A stretch of DNA of 32,000 bases from Erysipelotrichaceae bacterium. GTDB taxonomy: Bacteria; Bacillota_I; Bacilli_A; Erysipelotrichales; Erysipelotrichaceae. Within the stretch, counting starts at the first letter, position 1, and every line of letters begins with the position of its first letter. Positions 1 through 9,732 of this stretch are shown here, one piece after another. The notes below the pieces were generated by a model. It made no database searches and was not told the DNA's origin. It worked only from the letters and a program-made list of their open reading frames with translations. The position numbers and the translations under genes were made by a program. The stretch covers positions 600,001-632,000 of the forward strand of contig OY781039.1 of the NCBI GenBank assembly GCA_963676105.1, written 5' to 3'.

Positions 1-121
1 CATCATTAACACGTTGTCTAGTATCTTCACGCACAATTTCTAAGCCATTAATGACACGTGAAACCGTTGCTAAAGAGACTTTAGCTTCTTTGGCTACATC
101 ATAAATCGTTACGCGCTTCAT
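1..121 (-). CDS. LacI-family transcriptional regulator, N-terminal HTH only (continues beyond window start); possibly CcpA-like
   Basis: My own translation of the reverse strand from ATG at 121..119 gives [40 protein letters not shown]. This is the classic LacI/GalR HTH and closely resembles the CcpA N-terminus. The start overlaps the upstream stop (ATGA, 118..121). This ORF is not in the track because it runs off the window. Confidence 0.7.
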   Translation of the reverse strand, partial: MKRVTIYDVAKEAKVSLATVSRVINGLEIVREDTRQRVND

Positions 122-639
122 TCTTCAGTTTTCTCTTCTTCTTTATCTTCAGGTTTTAACCAACCTTTTAGTTTGTCAACGCCTTTGTCAGCTAATTCAA
201 TGGTTTTATCTTTAGCTTTGTCGATGTTTTTTTGTACATCTGGACGCTCAAAGTATTCTTTAGTTTTACCACTGACATAGTCATAGGTGTCTTCAGCACC
301 TTCTTTGACACTATCAACAACTTTTTTAAAAGTTTCATTTTCATTAACTTTATCAGATACACGTTTTGCACTTTCAACCACTGGATCAGTTAAGTCTTTG
401 AAACGCTCACGCACTTCTTCATCTTTGGCAACTTCACCCACTTTTTTACCTAGAACTGACGCAGCTTCTCTCACTTTTTGGTAAAATTCGTCAAGTCCTT
501 CTTTTAGATGTACATCTTCAGCGAAAGCTTTTGAATGTTTGGCTGCTTTATCCATGACATCTTTAAAACTTTCTTTTTCACGAGCTTCAGATTCAGTTTC
601 CATTTCTTCAGCATTCATTTCTTTATTTTCTTCCATCAT
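118..639 (-). CDS. Highly charged hydrophilic protein, YtxH/LEA-like (general-stress-type), function unknown
   Basis: 173-aa ORF rich in K/E/D with no TM segment and repeated amphipathic K-x-V-x-E/D patterns. AGGAGG lies 5 nt upstream of the ATG. It follows a DUF948-like gene downstream of murC, as ytxG-ytxH do in B. subtilis (from memory). Confidence 0.5.
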   Translation of the reverse strand: MMEENKEMNAEEMETESEAREKESFKDVMDKAAKHSKAFAEDVHLKEGLDEFYQKVREAASVLGKKVGEVAKDEEVRERFKDLTDPVVESAKRVSDKVNENETFKKVVDSVKEGAEDTYDYVSGKTKEYFERPDVQKNIDKAKDKTIELADKGVDKLKGWLKPEDKEEEKTEE

Positions 640-654
640 AAATTCCTCCTGATG

Positions 655-1044
655 TTATATCGAATCGCCTTCTTCAGGCTCATAAACACTTTCTTCAACG
701 TTCATATCAGTTTTATTAAATAAAGCCAAGAACCAGTTTTTGATTGTGTCATAATTTTCAACGACTAGTTTTGCTAATTTAGTTAATGATTGAGAAGCCA
801 TTGCTCCTGCTGCATCAATTCCATTTGTAACTGCACGAACAGTTTTTATAGATGCAGATACATCATCCATTGCTTCATCTACAACGCCAAGTGTTTTCTC
901 GAGATGCTCTACGGTCGCACTAGCTTGCTTTATCAGATCAAACACATTCTTGAGTAAGACCAAAAGAAAAATCAGTACGCCCGCACCCAAAATTGGTAAG
1001 ATTAGCACTGATACTTCCCTTAATATTTGTAGTAATTCATCCAT
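655..1044 (-). CDS. DUF948-like small membrane protein (YtxG-like)
   Basis: 129 aa with one N-terminal TM helix (VSVLILPILGAGVLIFLLVLL) followed by a coiled-coil-like segment. GAGGTG RBS is present. It sits directly downstream of murC. Confidence 0.6.
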   Translation of the reverse strand: MDELLQILREVSVLILPILGAGVLIFLLVLLKNVFDLIKQASATVEHLEKTLGVVDEAMDDVSASIKTVRAVTNGIDAAGAMASQSLTKLAKLVVENYDTIKNWFLALFNKTDMNVEESVYEPEEGDSI

Positions 1045-1064
1045 ATCTGCACCTCTTTAAAATC

Positions 1065-1093
1065 ATTATAGATATAAATGAAAGAATTTTCAA
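1065..1093 (-). promoter_or_regulatory. Sigma-A type promoter for the DUF948/YtxH-like genes
   Basis: The reverse strand reads TTGAAA (1093..1088, overlapping the murC TGA stop), then a 17-nt spacer, then TATAAT (1070..1065). The ATG at 1044 lies about 20 nt downstream. Confidence 0.5.
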
Positions 1094-2400
1094 TGATTTT
1101 GGTAGCGCTTTAATAAATCTGAAAGAATATAGATATCTTTTGATGACATAAACAGATAAACGGCAGGTTTTAAGCCTTCTAAAATCTTAGCTCCTGTTTC
1201 ATTTTCTTCAATAACCATAGAGTCATCAATACGTTTTTGAAGATAGTCAATGGTGATATCATAGCCTTCTTCTTGATCATCAATCGCATTAAAACCTACT
1301 AAGTAACAATCATCGGCTTTTCTTAACGCTTTCGCAAAATCATCCACAAAATGATACAAACGAGACACACGATGTGGTTTAAAAATCGCAACTAATCGTT
1401 TATCAGGATATCTAAGTCTTGCCGCATCTATCGTAACGGATACTTCAGTAGGATGATGGGCATAATCATCAATATAGACATTATCGCCAATTTCTTCGAC
1501 GACAAATCGACGTGCAGCATTTTCAAAGCTGGCAATTCCCTTTTGAATGACATCCATTGGAACACCTTCTGCAATCGCAATAGACATACAACCAATCGCA
1601 TTCCAAACTAAATGACGACCAGAAAATGGTAGTTCAATAATACCTTTATCTTCACCACAGTAATTTAGTTGCAGTCTTGTATGCACTTTATCTTCAGATA
1701 AAATCGTCCCAACAATATCATTATCAGGATTTAGACCATAGGTATACGCTTTACAATGTACATTTAGTGATTTAACTAAAGGATCATCACCGAATAAAAA
1801 TAAAGCTTCTTTGATATTTCGTGAATACTCTTCATAGGCATGACGATATTCATCTTCTGTTTTAAAGAAATCAACGTGATCATAATCCACATTGGTAATA
1901 AGAGCGAATTTTGGATGATAGGAATGAAAAAATCGACGATATTCGTCAGCTTCAACCACAAAGTATTTATCCGAACTACTCAAATGACCATGACCATCAC
2001 CTATCAAATACCCAGTATTTTCATAAGCACTTAAAACAGAGGTCATCATTTTAGTGGATGTGGTTTTACCATGTGATCCACTGATGCCGATACTAGTGTA
2101 CTCATTCATGAGTAATCCTAAATATTCATGATAACGATAAGTAATCAAATCATCACGTTCTTTAATTTTAACAACATCTTCAAAATCATCTTTAAAAGCA
2201 TTACCGATAATGACGGTTGCGCCTTTATTAGGACATGTTTTAAATGGAAAAATGGGAATATTTAACTCATGAAGTTGTTCTTCTGTAAATAAATGTTTTT
2301 CAATATCAGAACCACTGACAGTATGACCTAAGCTTTTTAAAATGCAAGCTAAAGCAGCCATGCCCGATCCTTTAATACCTAAAAAGAAAAATTCAGCCAT
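1090..2400 (-). CDS. murC: UDP-N-acetylmuramate--L-alanine ligase
   Basis: 436 aa. N-terminal GIKGSGMAALA dinucleotide-fold motif, Mur-ligase P-loop GISGSHGKTTST, and typical MurC length. Confidence 0.95.
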   Translation of the reverse strand: MAEFFFLGIKGSGMAALACILKSLGHTVSGSDIEKHLFTEEQLHELNIPIFPFKTCPNKGATVIIGNAFKDDFEDVVKIKERDDLITYRYHEYLGLLMNEYTSIGISGSHGKTTSTKMMTSVLSAYENTGYLIGDGHGHLSSSDKYFVVEADEYRRFFHSYHPKFALITNVDYDHVDFFKTEDEYRHAYEEYSRNIKEALFLFGDDPLVKSLNVHCKAYTYGLNPDNDIVGTILSEDKVHTRLQLNYCGEDKGIIELPFSGRHLVWNAIGCMSIAIAEGVPMDVIQKGIASFENAARRFVVEEIGDNVYIDDYAHHPTEVSVTIDAARLRYPDKRLVAIFKPHRVSRLYHFVDDFAKALRKADDCYLVGFNAIDDQEEGYDITIDYLQKRIDDSMVIEENETGAKILEGLKPAVYLFMSSKDIYILSDLLKRYQNH

Positions 2401-3182
2401 TAGTTTTCATCAAATAAAGAAAATTGATGTGCATCTTCATCATTGAGTGGATTTGATTCTTCCACTTCCTCTTCTTTAACCGCTCCTAATAAATCATCTA
2501 AATCCATACTTTCATAAACAGATTTTTTTATCTCATTTTCTGCTTTTTCTTCAACAATCAATTGAGTGTCAACGACTGTTTCCGATACCTTTTCAGGCGC
2601 TTTATTTGATTCATGCTTTTTTTCTACTACACTCTCTTCTACTGTGTCGTGAATCATATCCACAAAAGGCTCAGATAAAACATCTTTATAAGATTCAGAA
2701 TGTTTCTTAACTTCTAAGTCACCATAGATGGGTGATATAACCGTATTAATCACAGAATGTGGTAGCGTCGCATGAGTCTCAGATATAACTCGAGGTTCAC
2801 TATCATGATGTTTAGATTCTGTTGCGCCAAACATCGGCGAAATAACTGGATGAAATTCATAAACTTTCTTCACTGTTTCAGTTTCAACTTTTGCGTGTCT
2901 TGCTTTATTGACTGAAGGTTCATCTACAGAAATGCCAAAACTCTTTGATTGAACAGGTTCTTCAATGACTTCTTCTAAGATTTCTTCTAAATCATCATTA
3001 AGTGGTTCAATGTCTTCAACAATGTCTTCTTTGAAATCATCTGCACTTGAAAGTTCTGGATTCATTTGCGCAATCACAGATTTTTTAGTCTTTTTAACTT
3101 CATTTTGTTCTTCGAAGTTATCATTTTCTTCAATAATTTCTTCTTCTTCTTCAAACAATAGAGATTGTAATTTTTTCCACAT
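2400..3182 (-). CDS. Very acidic, low-complexity hypothetical protein translationally coupled to murC
   Basis: 260-aa ORF dominated by E/D/S/V. The N-terminus is MWKKLQSLLF followed by EEEEE, and the C-terminus is ...HQFSLFDEN. Its stop overlaps the murC start (TAATG at 2398..2402). I recognise no family. Confidence 0.65.
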   Translation of the reverse strand: MWKKLQSLLFEEEEEIIEENDNFEEQNEVKKTKKSVIAQMNPELSSADDFKEDIVEDIEPLNDDLEEILEEVIEEPVQSKSFGISVDEPSVNKARHAKVETETVKKVYEFHPVISPMFGATESKHHDSEPRVISETHATLPHSVINTVISPIYGDLEVKKHSESYKDVLSEPFVDMIHDTVEESVVEKKHESNKAPEKVSETVVDTQLIVEEKAENEIKKSVYESMDLDDLLGAVKEEEVEESNPLNDEDAHQFSLFDEN

Positions 3183-3194
3183 AAGTGCGTCTCC

Positions 3195-3929
3195 TTAGTC
3201 TTGTAGAATTTCTTCTTCAGTTGGTGAATCATTAATAATGTTGTAGTAATCATCATCTAATAGATCGGTTTCTTCACCTTCAATCATATCAACAATGGTT
3301 CCAGATTCAGGAGCCATTTGAGAAAACATATTTAAATTAACTTTTTGATAATTAATCGTTTCAGTGTTTGAGTAATTAGCTAAGATTAAACTTCGATCAA
3401 TCACTACACTACGTGCTAATCGTACCATTTGATACGCTGTTTCTGACACTAAACCGAGTTTTACTCTAGAGGTAAGAACAGTATTTTGTGTTTGCACGAC
3501 AATTAAATAGTCTGAATTATTCAAATCAAAGAGCTGGGCACGATAGTATTGGTCAAATCCACGTCCATCTAAGGTTTTCCCATCAATACTAGAAATAGCT
3601 TTAGATTCATTGAAGACAGATCTTAAATCACTCGCAGCTTCTAAACTACTTCTTAGTACGATATTTACGATATCAAGTTTCATTAGTATTTCTGTATTTG
3701 ATGATTGTAAAACAACAGAAGTTTCCGTGGACATTTCTCGTCCCATCGTGATGGGTAAATAATAATCAAAGTAATTTGCTGAATGATTGGTCATTTTTGT
3801 GACCTCAGATGCAGCCGCATCTTCAATGGCTAAATTAAAAGAGCGCTCAATGGTAACAGCACTATCTTGACATCCACTTAGGATGAATATTGTTAATAAT
3901 ACACTCAGTAATTTAGTCAAATTTCGCAT
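3195..3929 (-). CDS. Putative lipoprotein, unknown function
   Basis: 244 aa with signal peptide plus lipobox MRNLTKLLSVLLTIFILSGC (LSGC) and an acidic C-terminal tail. The ATG immediately follows the upstream TAA. Confidence 0.7.
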   Translation of the reverse strand: MRNLTKLLSVLLTIFILSGCQDSAVTIERSFNLAIEDAAASEVTKMTNHSANYFDYYLPITMGREMSTETSVVLQSSNTEILMKLDIVNIVLRSSLEAASDLRSVFNESKAISSIDGKTLDGRGFDQYYRAQLFDLNNSDYLIVVQTQNTVLTSRVKLGLVSETAYQMVRLARSVVIDRSLILANYSNTETINYQKVNLNMFSQMAPESGTIVDMIEGEETDLLDDDYYNIINDSPTEEEILQD

Positions 3930-5015
3930 TTATTGATTAGCCTTTTTAATCGTGTCTATTGTACCATTATTCAATGATTTAAGAATGGCTAGTATCGCCT
4001 TTAAGGCATTTTCATAATCATCGACATCAATGATACTCGATGGAGAATGGATATTTCTAGCACAGATGCATTGAGTTAAAGTTGGGATACCATCATATTG
4101 TTTGTGAATTGCTCCAGCATCCGTACCACCCATTGATTGATAATATTGATATGGTATCTTTTCTGATTCCAAGATATCTTCATAAAAATTGATAAAGCCG
4201 CGATGTGGTAGATAATTCGCATCAATAAAGCGAACTAAAGGACCTTGTCCAAGTTGTCCAAAGGCATCCTTTTCACCACTTAAATCATTTGCTGGAGAAC
4301 AATCTAAGACAATCGCTAAATCAGGTTTTAGTAAATAAGAGGCTGTAGTCGCACCACGTGTTCCTACTTCTTCTTGTACATTTGCCCCGATAGCGACATC
4401 AACATCTAAGTCTAAATTTTGCAGAGCTTCTAAAACTTCAATACCCGCAATACAGCCATAACGATTATCCCAAGCTTTGGCAAGCAATCGTTTGCCTTTA
4501 TCTAAGACTTCAAAAGGTCCTTCTAAAATTAATGGTGATCCAGGTTTAATCTTTAATGCTTCTACTTCTTCTTTTGAATCACAACCAATATCGACCAACA
4601 TATTTTTAATTTCCATTGGTTTATTACGTACCTCAGGACTTAATAAATGTGGTGGAATAGAGGCAATAGTACCTTTGTATTTTTGGCCATCACGGGCTTT
4701 AACTAAGACACGAGAACTTAATAATACTTGAGACCACCAACCACCAATTGGCGCAATTTTAAGAGCCCCTTTTTCATTGATCGATTGAACAATAAAACCA
4801 ATCTCATCGGTATGACCCGAAATCATGACTAAAGGTGCATTTTCTTTACCACAACGTTTAATCGCATAAATTGATCCTAGTTGATCATAAAGTATTTCAT
4901 CACTTAACGGCTTATAGTAATCATAAAGGATTTTTGTTAGTTCAGATTCATCTCCACTGATTGCCATCACTTGTGTGATTTCTTTCATCAAATCTAATTG
5001 TTTTTGACTCAACAT
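3930..5015 (-). CDS. M42-family glutamyl aminopeptidase / YtoP-like metallopeptidase
   Basis: Motifs SGHTDEIGF, DNRYGC and QEEVGTRGA. The track start (TTG at 5030) lies inside TTGGAGGAAG. I place the start at ATG 5015 (MLSQKQ...), which has a GGAGGA RBS 8 nt upstream and a TAATG overlap with the trmB stop. Confidence 0.85.
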   Translation of the reverse strand: MLSQKQLDLMKEITQVMAISGDESELTKILYDYYKPLSDEILYDQLGSIYAIKRCGKENAPLVMISGHTDEIGFIVQSINEKGALKIAPIGGWWSQVLLSSRVLVKARDGQKYKGTIASIPPHLLSPEVRNKPMEIKNMLVDIGCDSKEEVEALKIKPGSPLILEGPFEVLDKGKRLLAKAWDNRYGCIAGIEVLEALQNLDLDVDVAIGANVQEEVGTRGATTASYLLKPDLAIVLDCSPANDLSGEKDAFGQLGQGPLVRFIDANYLPHRGFINFYEDILESEKIPYQYYQSMGGTDAGAIHKQYDGIPTLTQCICARNIHSPSSIIDVDDYENALKAILAILKSLNNGTIDTIKKANQ

Positions 5016-5644
5016 TATTTCTTCCTCCAAACAGCTCGATAAATGGGTTGACCGAGTTCCATAAAGCGTGTTTCATATTCTGTTATCACATCTTCTGGAT
5101 GCTCATCACGTCGATAATCCACACTAAATTCAATCATTTCTAAAGGATAGGCATCCCACAGTAAAATGGTATATTCAAATAATTTTTGATTATCTGTTTT
5201 AAAACGTATCTCACCATCATCTTTTAAAACATGTAGTAAACGTTCAACAAACTTATCCGATGTTAAACGACGTTTTGTATTTCTTTTCTTTGGCCATGGA
5301 TCACTGAAGTTTAAGTGGATACGATCCACTTCACCTTTTTCAAACCATGCTTCTAAGTTTTCAGCATCACCATTAATCCAATGGACATTATCAATGATTT
5401 GGTCTTCTACTTTTTTAAGAGCTACTGCAGAAACGCTTTCATCTTTTTCAATGCCAACCCAAAATTCACTTTTTTCTTTTTGAGCCATATTGAAAATGTA
5501 GTCACCTTTACCACAACCTATTTCAAGAATTAAGGACTGATAAGGTTTTTTTAACCACTTTCCTTTATATATTTCACCATCAAAATCAACATTTTGAAGT
5601 TCTTCTAAATAATCTTTAGCCCAAGGCTTTTTACGCATTCTCAT
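5015..5644 (-). CDS. trmB: tRNA (guanine46-N7)-methyltransferase
   Basis: 209 aa. The N-terminus MRMRKKPWA is like Bacillus TrmB. SAM-binding EIGCGKGD and the NFSDPWPKKR motif are present. Confidence 0.9.
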   Translation of the reverse strand: MRMRKKPWAKDYLEELQNVDFDGEIYKGKWLKKPYQSLILEIGCGKGDYIFNMAQKEKSEFWVGIEKDESVSAVALKKVEDQIIDNVHWINGDAENLEAWFEKGEVDRIHLNFSDPWPKKRNTKRRLTSDKFVERLLHVLKDDGEIRFKTDNQKLFEYTILLWDAYPLEMIEFSVDYRRDEHPEDVITEYETRFMELGQPIYRAVWRKK

Positions 5645-5645
5645 A

Positions 5646-7016
5646 TTATTGAGCTAACTCGTAAATGGCTTTCGCATAAATCGCAGTTGCGAGTAAAAAC
5701 TGTTCAATTTCATAGCCTTCATCAGCTTGGTGAACTTGACCAACCCAAGATGGTCTTTCGCGGGTTGGAAATTCTGCCCCAAAGGCGACAAAATTCTTAA
5801 ATGCACGCGCATAAGTACCACCACCCATGGTGAGTAAAGGTGTTTCGTTATCACCTGAAAAATCACGGTAGATATTTTCTAAGGTTGATACTAAGGTGCT
5901 CTTTGGATCAACAAATAAGAAGTCTTTGTTTTGAATAAGTTTAATATTTAAAGAAGACTTTTTAGATTTAAAAGCAGCTTCAATATTATTTAGTATTGTT
6001 TTTGAATCAGTCACATTAGGATAGCGAATATCTAAAACAATATGTGCTTTTTGATTTTCAATTTTCATCACACCAATATTCATTGAAAGATAACCCATAT
6101 GTGATCCAAAGGATTTAATTCCAAGATTTGCACCACGCCAATCAGCTAAAAGATAAGCAGTATCTATCGCAAATTGATCTTTGTAAGCTGCCCCTACAAA
6201 GTTAAGTAAATGCCAAGCAGCATTCACCCCTTCATCAGGACGTGATCCATGGGCAAAAGCCCCTTTTAAATAATATTTAGATAGGCCATCTTTAGATTCA
6301 CAATGACCTGTAATTTGATGAGATGTTTGATAGAATTCAAATTCATCCTTTTTAAGTTCCCCATCAATAATAATTTCTGCTTCACCAATGACAATATTGG
6401 GTCTTTCACCGGCGTTTATTGAATGGATAACTGTTTTCACATCACCATCTAAGCTTAAATTTAAAATCCCTTTTTCACCATAAATAACAGGAAAATCTGC
6501 ATCTGGCACAAAACCAAAGTCAGGTTGTTCACCATGCTCATTATAATAATCCATACATTCCATACCACTCTCTTCGTCACATCCGACAATTAAGTGGATA
6601 CGTTTATTTGGTTTAAAACCATTTTCCTTTAAAAGTTTCATCGCGTAATATGCGGCAATAGTTGGTCCTTTATCATCTTGTGAACCACGAGCCATGATAT
6701 AGCCATCTTTTATTTCTGCACCAAATGGATCAAATGTCCAACCTGTACCAACAGGAACGACATCTAAGTGACCTAAAATCCCCATGATTTCATCACCTTC
6801 ACCCCATTCAACAACACCCGCATAACCATCGATATCCTTGACTTTAAATCCATCTTTTTTCCCAAGATCTAAGACATAATCTAATGCTTGTCTTAATTCT
6901 TTCCCAAAAGGAGCATTTTCAGCTGCTTCAGACTTAAGAGATGGTATTCTAAGCAATCCTTGAAGATCTGAAATCATCTCATTTTTACGTTGTTCAACTT
7001 CTTTTTTAAAATCCAT
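5646..7016 (-). CDS. pepV: M20-family dipeptidase (PepV/Sapep-like)
   Basis: 456 aa with metal-ligand motifs GHLDVVP, GSQDDKGP and CDEESG. Length and layout are typical of PepV. Confidence 0.8.
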   Translation of the reverse strand: MDFKKEVEQRKNEMISDLQGLLRIPSLKSEAAENAPFGKELRQALDYVLDLGKKDGFKVKDIDGYAGVVEWGEGDEIMGILGHLDVVPVGTGWTFDPFGAEIKDGYIMARGSQDDKGPTIAAYYAMKLLKENGFKPNKRIHLIVGCDEESGMECMDYYNEHGEQPDFGFVPDADFPVIYGEKGILNLSLDGDVKTVIHSINAGERPNIVIGEAEIIIDGELKKDEFEFYQTSHQITGHCESKDGLSKYYLKGAFAHGSRPDEGVNAAWHLLNFVGAAYKDQFAIDTAYLLADWRGANLGIKSFGSHMGYLSMNIGVMKIENQKAHIVLDIRYPNVTDSKTILNNIEAAFKSKKSSLNIKLIQNKDFLFVDPKSTLVSTLENIYRDFSGDNETPLLTMGGGTYARAFKNFVAFGAEFPTRERPSWVGQVHQADEGYEIEQFLLATAIYAKAIYELAQ

Positions 7017-7063
7017 ATTCTAACCTCTATTTCTCAAATATTTTAACATATCAATTATACGCT

Positions 7064-7096
7064 AAAAAAAAGGAAACCTAGCATTCTAGGCTTCCT
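7064..7096 (-). terminator. Rho-independent terminator downstream of pnp
   Basis: The reverse strand reads AGGAAGCCTA-GAATGC-TAGGTTTCCT, a 10-bp stem with one G.U pair, followed by TTTTTTT. Confidence 0.75.
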
Positions 7097-7104
7097 ATAA
7101 TCAA

Positions 7105-9288
7105 TTATTTATCTGATCTTGGTTTGCGATCACGTGGTTTGCGATCACTTGGTTTACGATCATATGATTTACGTTCGAATTTCTTCTCTTCGTAACCTTC
7201 AGGTTTTTCTTCAAATTCACGATGTGATACATTTACACGTCCTCGATCATCAATTTCAGTCACCTTAACTTTAACAATGTCCCCTAAATTAAGCACATCA
7301 CTTGGTTTCTCAACACGTGTCCAATTGATTTTAGATACATGAAGTAGTCCATCTGTACCTGGGAATAATTCAACAAAGGCACCAAAGTTTTCAATACGAA
7401 CAACTTTCGCATCATAAACTTCACCCACTTTTGCTTCTTTAACCAAGTTTTCAATGATTGATTTTGCTTTCGCAATGGCAGCACCATCTGTGTGATAAAT
7501 AAGGACACGACCATCATCTTCAATATCGATCTTGACTTGATCACAATCTTCGATGATTTGGTTGATCACTTTACCACCCGCACCGATAACATCTCTGATT
7601 TTATCTGGAGCAATTTGTAATTTTGCGATCTTAGGGGCATATGTACCAACTTCTGGACGAACTGCATCAATCGCAGTCAACATGTTTTGCATGATGTGCT
7701 CACGGCCAACTTTAGCTTGAGCTAAAGCTTCTTTAAGAATTTCTTCAGTTAAGCCAGCAATTTTAATATCCATTTGTAAAGCCGTGATACCTGACATAGT
7801 ACCTGCGACTTTAAAGTCCATATCACCGAAGTGATCTTCCATACCTTGAATATCAGTTAAAACAGTATAGTGATCACCATAAGTTACAAGACCCATGGCA
7901 ATACCAGCTACAGGCGCTTTAATTGGAACACCAGATGCCATAAGAGCCATTGAACCAGCACAAATGGATGCTTGTGATGAAGAACCATTAGATTCTAATG
8001 TTTCTGCAACTAAACGAATTGCATATGGAAACTCTTCTTCACTTGGTAAGACTTGAGCTAAAGCTCTTTCGCCTAACGCACCATGTCCGACTTCACGACG
8101 GCCAGGTGATCCCATACGTCCTGTTTCACCCACTGAATAAGGTGGGAAGTTATAGTGATGCATAAAGCGTTTATAATCAACAACACTTAAGTCATCAATA
8201 ATTTGGTTATCATTTAATGCCCCTAAAGTACAAACAGATAAAACTTGTGTTTCACCACGTGTGAAAACAGCTGATCCATGAACTCTAGGTAGTAAATCGA
8301 CTTGTGAGTCAAGCGGACGAATTTCATCAATTGCACGACCATCAGGACGAATCTTTTCAATTGAAACTAAACGACGTACTTCATCGGCCACAATGCCGTG
8401 AGTAATTTCTTTAACTTGTTTAAGTGCTTTCGCATCATCCAATTTTTCTTCAAAGTGTGCATATGTATCTGCTTCAATATCATCGATTTTGCCATAACGA
8501 ACGAGTTTTTCTTTAATCGCCACAGCTTCACGCAAGCCTTTTTCACAATAGTCGCGAACTTCTTTATCTAAGTCAGCATCAATACTGTAAAGTTTAATTT
8601 CACGTTTTTCTTTACCAGCTTTTTCACGAATTTCTTCTTGGAATGCACACAATTTTTTAATGTATTCATGACCAAATAACATTGCTTCTAACATTGCTTC
8701 TTCACTGACTTCTTTTGCGCCAGCTTCAACCATATTAATCGCATCTTTAGTCCCTGCAACAATTAAATCAATATCTGAATTTTCGAGCTCTTCAATACTT
8801 GGATTAATGATGTATTCACCATTAACACGTCCAACTGTTACCCCAGCAATAGGTCCATCAAATGGAATATCACTAACACATAATGCAGCGGATGCTCCAA
8901 ACATCGCAGCCATACGTGGTGAGTAATTGTTGTCTACAGATAAGACTGTATTAACAACTTGAACTTCATTACGGAAACCTTCCGCAAATAGTGGACGGAT
9001 TGGACGGTCAATTAAACGTGCGCTTAATGTCGCAAATTCGCTAGGACGTCCTTCACGTCTTAAGAATCCTCCAGGAATCTTACCTACTGAATAGAGTTTT
9101 TCTTCATATCCAATAGTGAGTGGAAAGAAATCGAGATCTTTTGCATTTTTTGAAGCAACAGCTGTTGATAACACCACTGTGTCTTCATAACGGACAAGCA
9201 CGGATCCACCGGCTTGTTTGGCAATTTCTCCCGTTTCCACTTGTAGATTTCTGCCACAGAAATCTAAATTAAATACTTGTTTTGCCAT
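7105..9288 (-). CDS. pnp: Polyribonucleotide nucleotidyltransferase (PNPase)
   Basis: 727 aa with two RNase PH domains, a KH domain ([10 protein letters not shown]) and an S1 domain. A basic repeat tail forms the C-terminus. Confidence 0.97.
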   Translation of the reverse strand: MAKQVFNLDFCGRNLQVETGEIAKQAGGSVLVRYEDTVVLSTAVASKNAKDLDFFPLTIGYEEKLYSVGKIPGGFLRREGRPSEFATLSARLIDRPIRPLFAEGFRNEVQVVNTVLSVDNNYSPRMAAMFGASAALCVSDIPFDGPIAGVTVGRVNGEYIINPSIEELENSDIDLIVAGTKDAINMVEAGAKEVSEEAMLEAMLFGHEYIKKLCAFQEEIREKAGKEKREIKLYSIDADLDKEVRDYCEKGLREAVAIKEKLVRYGKIDDIEADTYAHFEEKLDDAKALKQVKEITHGIVADEVRRLVSIEKIRPDGRAIDEIRPLDSQVDLLPRVHGSAVFTRGETQVLSVCTLGALNDNQIIDDLSVVDYKRFMHHYNFPPYSVGETGRMGSPGRREVGHGALGERALAQVLPSEEEFPYAIRLVAETLESNGSSSQASICAGSMALMASGVPIKAPVAGIAMGLVTYGDHYTVLTDIQGMEDHFGDMDFKVAGTMSGITALQMDIKIAGLTEEILKEALAQAKVGREHIMQNMLTAIDAVRPEVGTYAPKIAKLQIAPDKIRDVIGAGGKVINQIIEDCDQVKIDIEDDGRVLIYHTDGAAIAKAKSIIENLVKEAKVGEVYDAKVVRIENFGAFVELFPGTDGLLHVSKINWTRVEKPSDVLNLGDIVKVKVTEIDDRGRVNVSHREFEEKPEGYEEKKFERKSYDRKPSDRKPRDRKPRSDK
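7118..7177 (-). repeat. Four imperfect 15-nt tandem units encoding the PNPase C-terminal basic tail
   Basis: The plus strand reads cttggtttgcgatca / cgtggtttgcgatca / cttggtttacgatca / tatgatttacgttcg. Translated on the minus strand this gives [20 protein letters not shown]. Confidence 0.8.
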
Positions 9289-9312
9289 TTCTTTACCTCT
9301 TTAACAAGCCCT

Positions 9313-9321
9313 AGTATATCA
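9313..9321 (-). promoter_or_regulatory. Candidate extended -10 element for pnp
   Basis: The reverse strand reads TGATATACT between the rpsO terminator and the pnp RBS (AAAGAGG). I see no good -35. Confidence 0.3.
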
Positions 9322-9346
9322 TGTTCACAAATTTATATATAGATAT

Positions 9347-9373
9347 AAAAAAAACAGTCGAATTTCGACTGTT
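9347..9373 (-). terminator. Rho-independent terminator/attenuator between rpsO and pnp
   Basis: The reverse strand reads AACAGTCGA-AAT-TCGACTGTT followed by TTTTTTTT. The hairpin overlaps the rpsO stop codon. Confidence 0.75.
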
Positions 9374-9638
9374 ATTTACGTAAACCTAAGCTTGCGATGA
9401 GATCAGCGTAACGCTGTACATCTTCATTTTTCAAGTAGTTCAATAATGAACGACGATTACCAACCATCTTAAGTAATCCACGGTTTGAGTGATAGTCTTT
9501 TTTGTTGACTTTCATGTGCTCAGTTAAACGTTCGATTTGAGCAGTTAATACTGCGATTTGAACTTCAGCTGAACCTGTATCACCTTTAGAACGTGCATAC
9601 TTTTCAATGATTGCTGTTTTTTCTTGTTTTGATAACAT
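9372..9638 (-). CDS. rpsO: 30S ribosomal protein S15
   Basis: 88 aa with characteristic S15 sequence ([49 protein letters not shown]). GGAGGA RBS is present. Confidence 0.97.
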   Translation of the reverse strand: MLSKQEKTAIIEKYARSKGDTGSAEVQIAVLTAQIERLTEHMKVNKKDYHSNRGLLKMVGNRRSLLNYLKNEDVQRYADLIASLGLRK

Positions 9639-9732
9639 GTGCTTATCCTCCTATTTATTTCTGTCCTTCATCACCGAGTCTAAGGTTGGAGATTCCACTA
9701 AACCCAGTCATAAAGCCTTATTACTTTATCAT

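Noticed and set aside
192-723. Three short track ORFs (192..377 minus, 287..484 plus, 535..723 plus) overlap the YtxH-like gene.
   Set aside because: They are alternative-frame or antisense shadows of a low-complexity K/E-rich gene. None has an RBS or any recognisable sequence.
7054-7059. A TATAAT (reverse strand) immediately after the pnp terminator could be the pepV promoter.
   Set aside because: The corresponding -35 position falls inside the terminator stem and U-run and has no resemblance to TTGACA. It may be real, but the evidence is too thin to list it as a feature.
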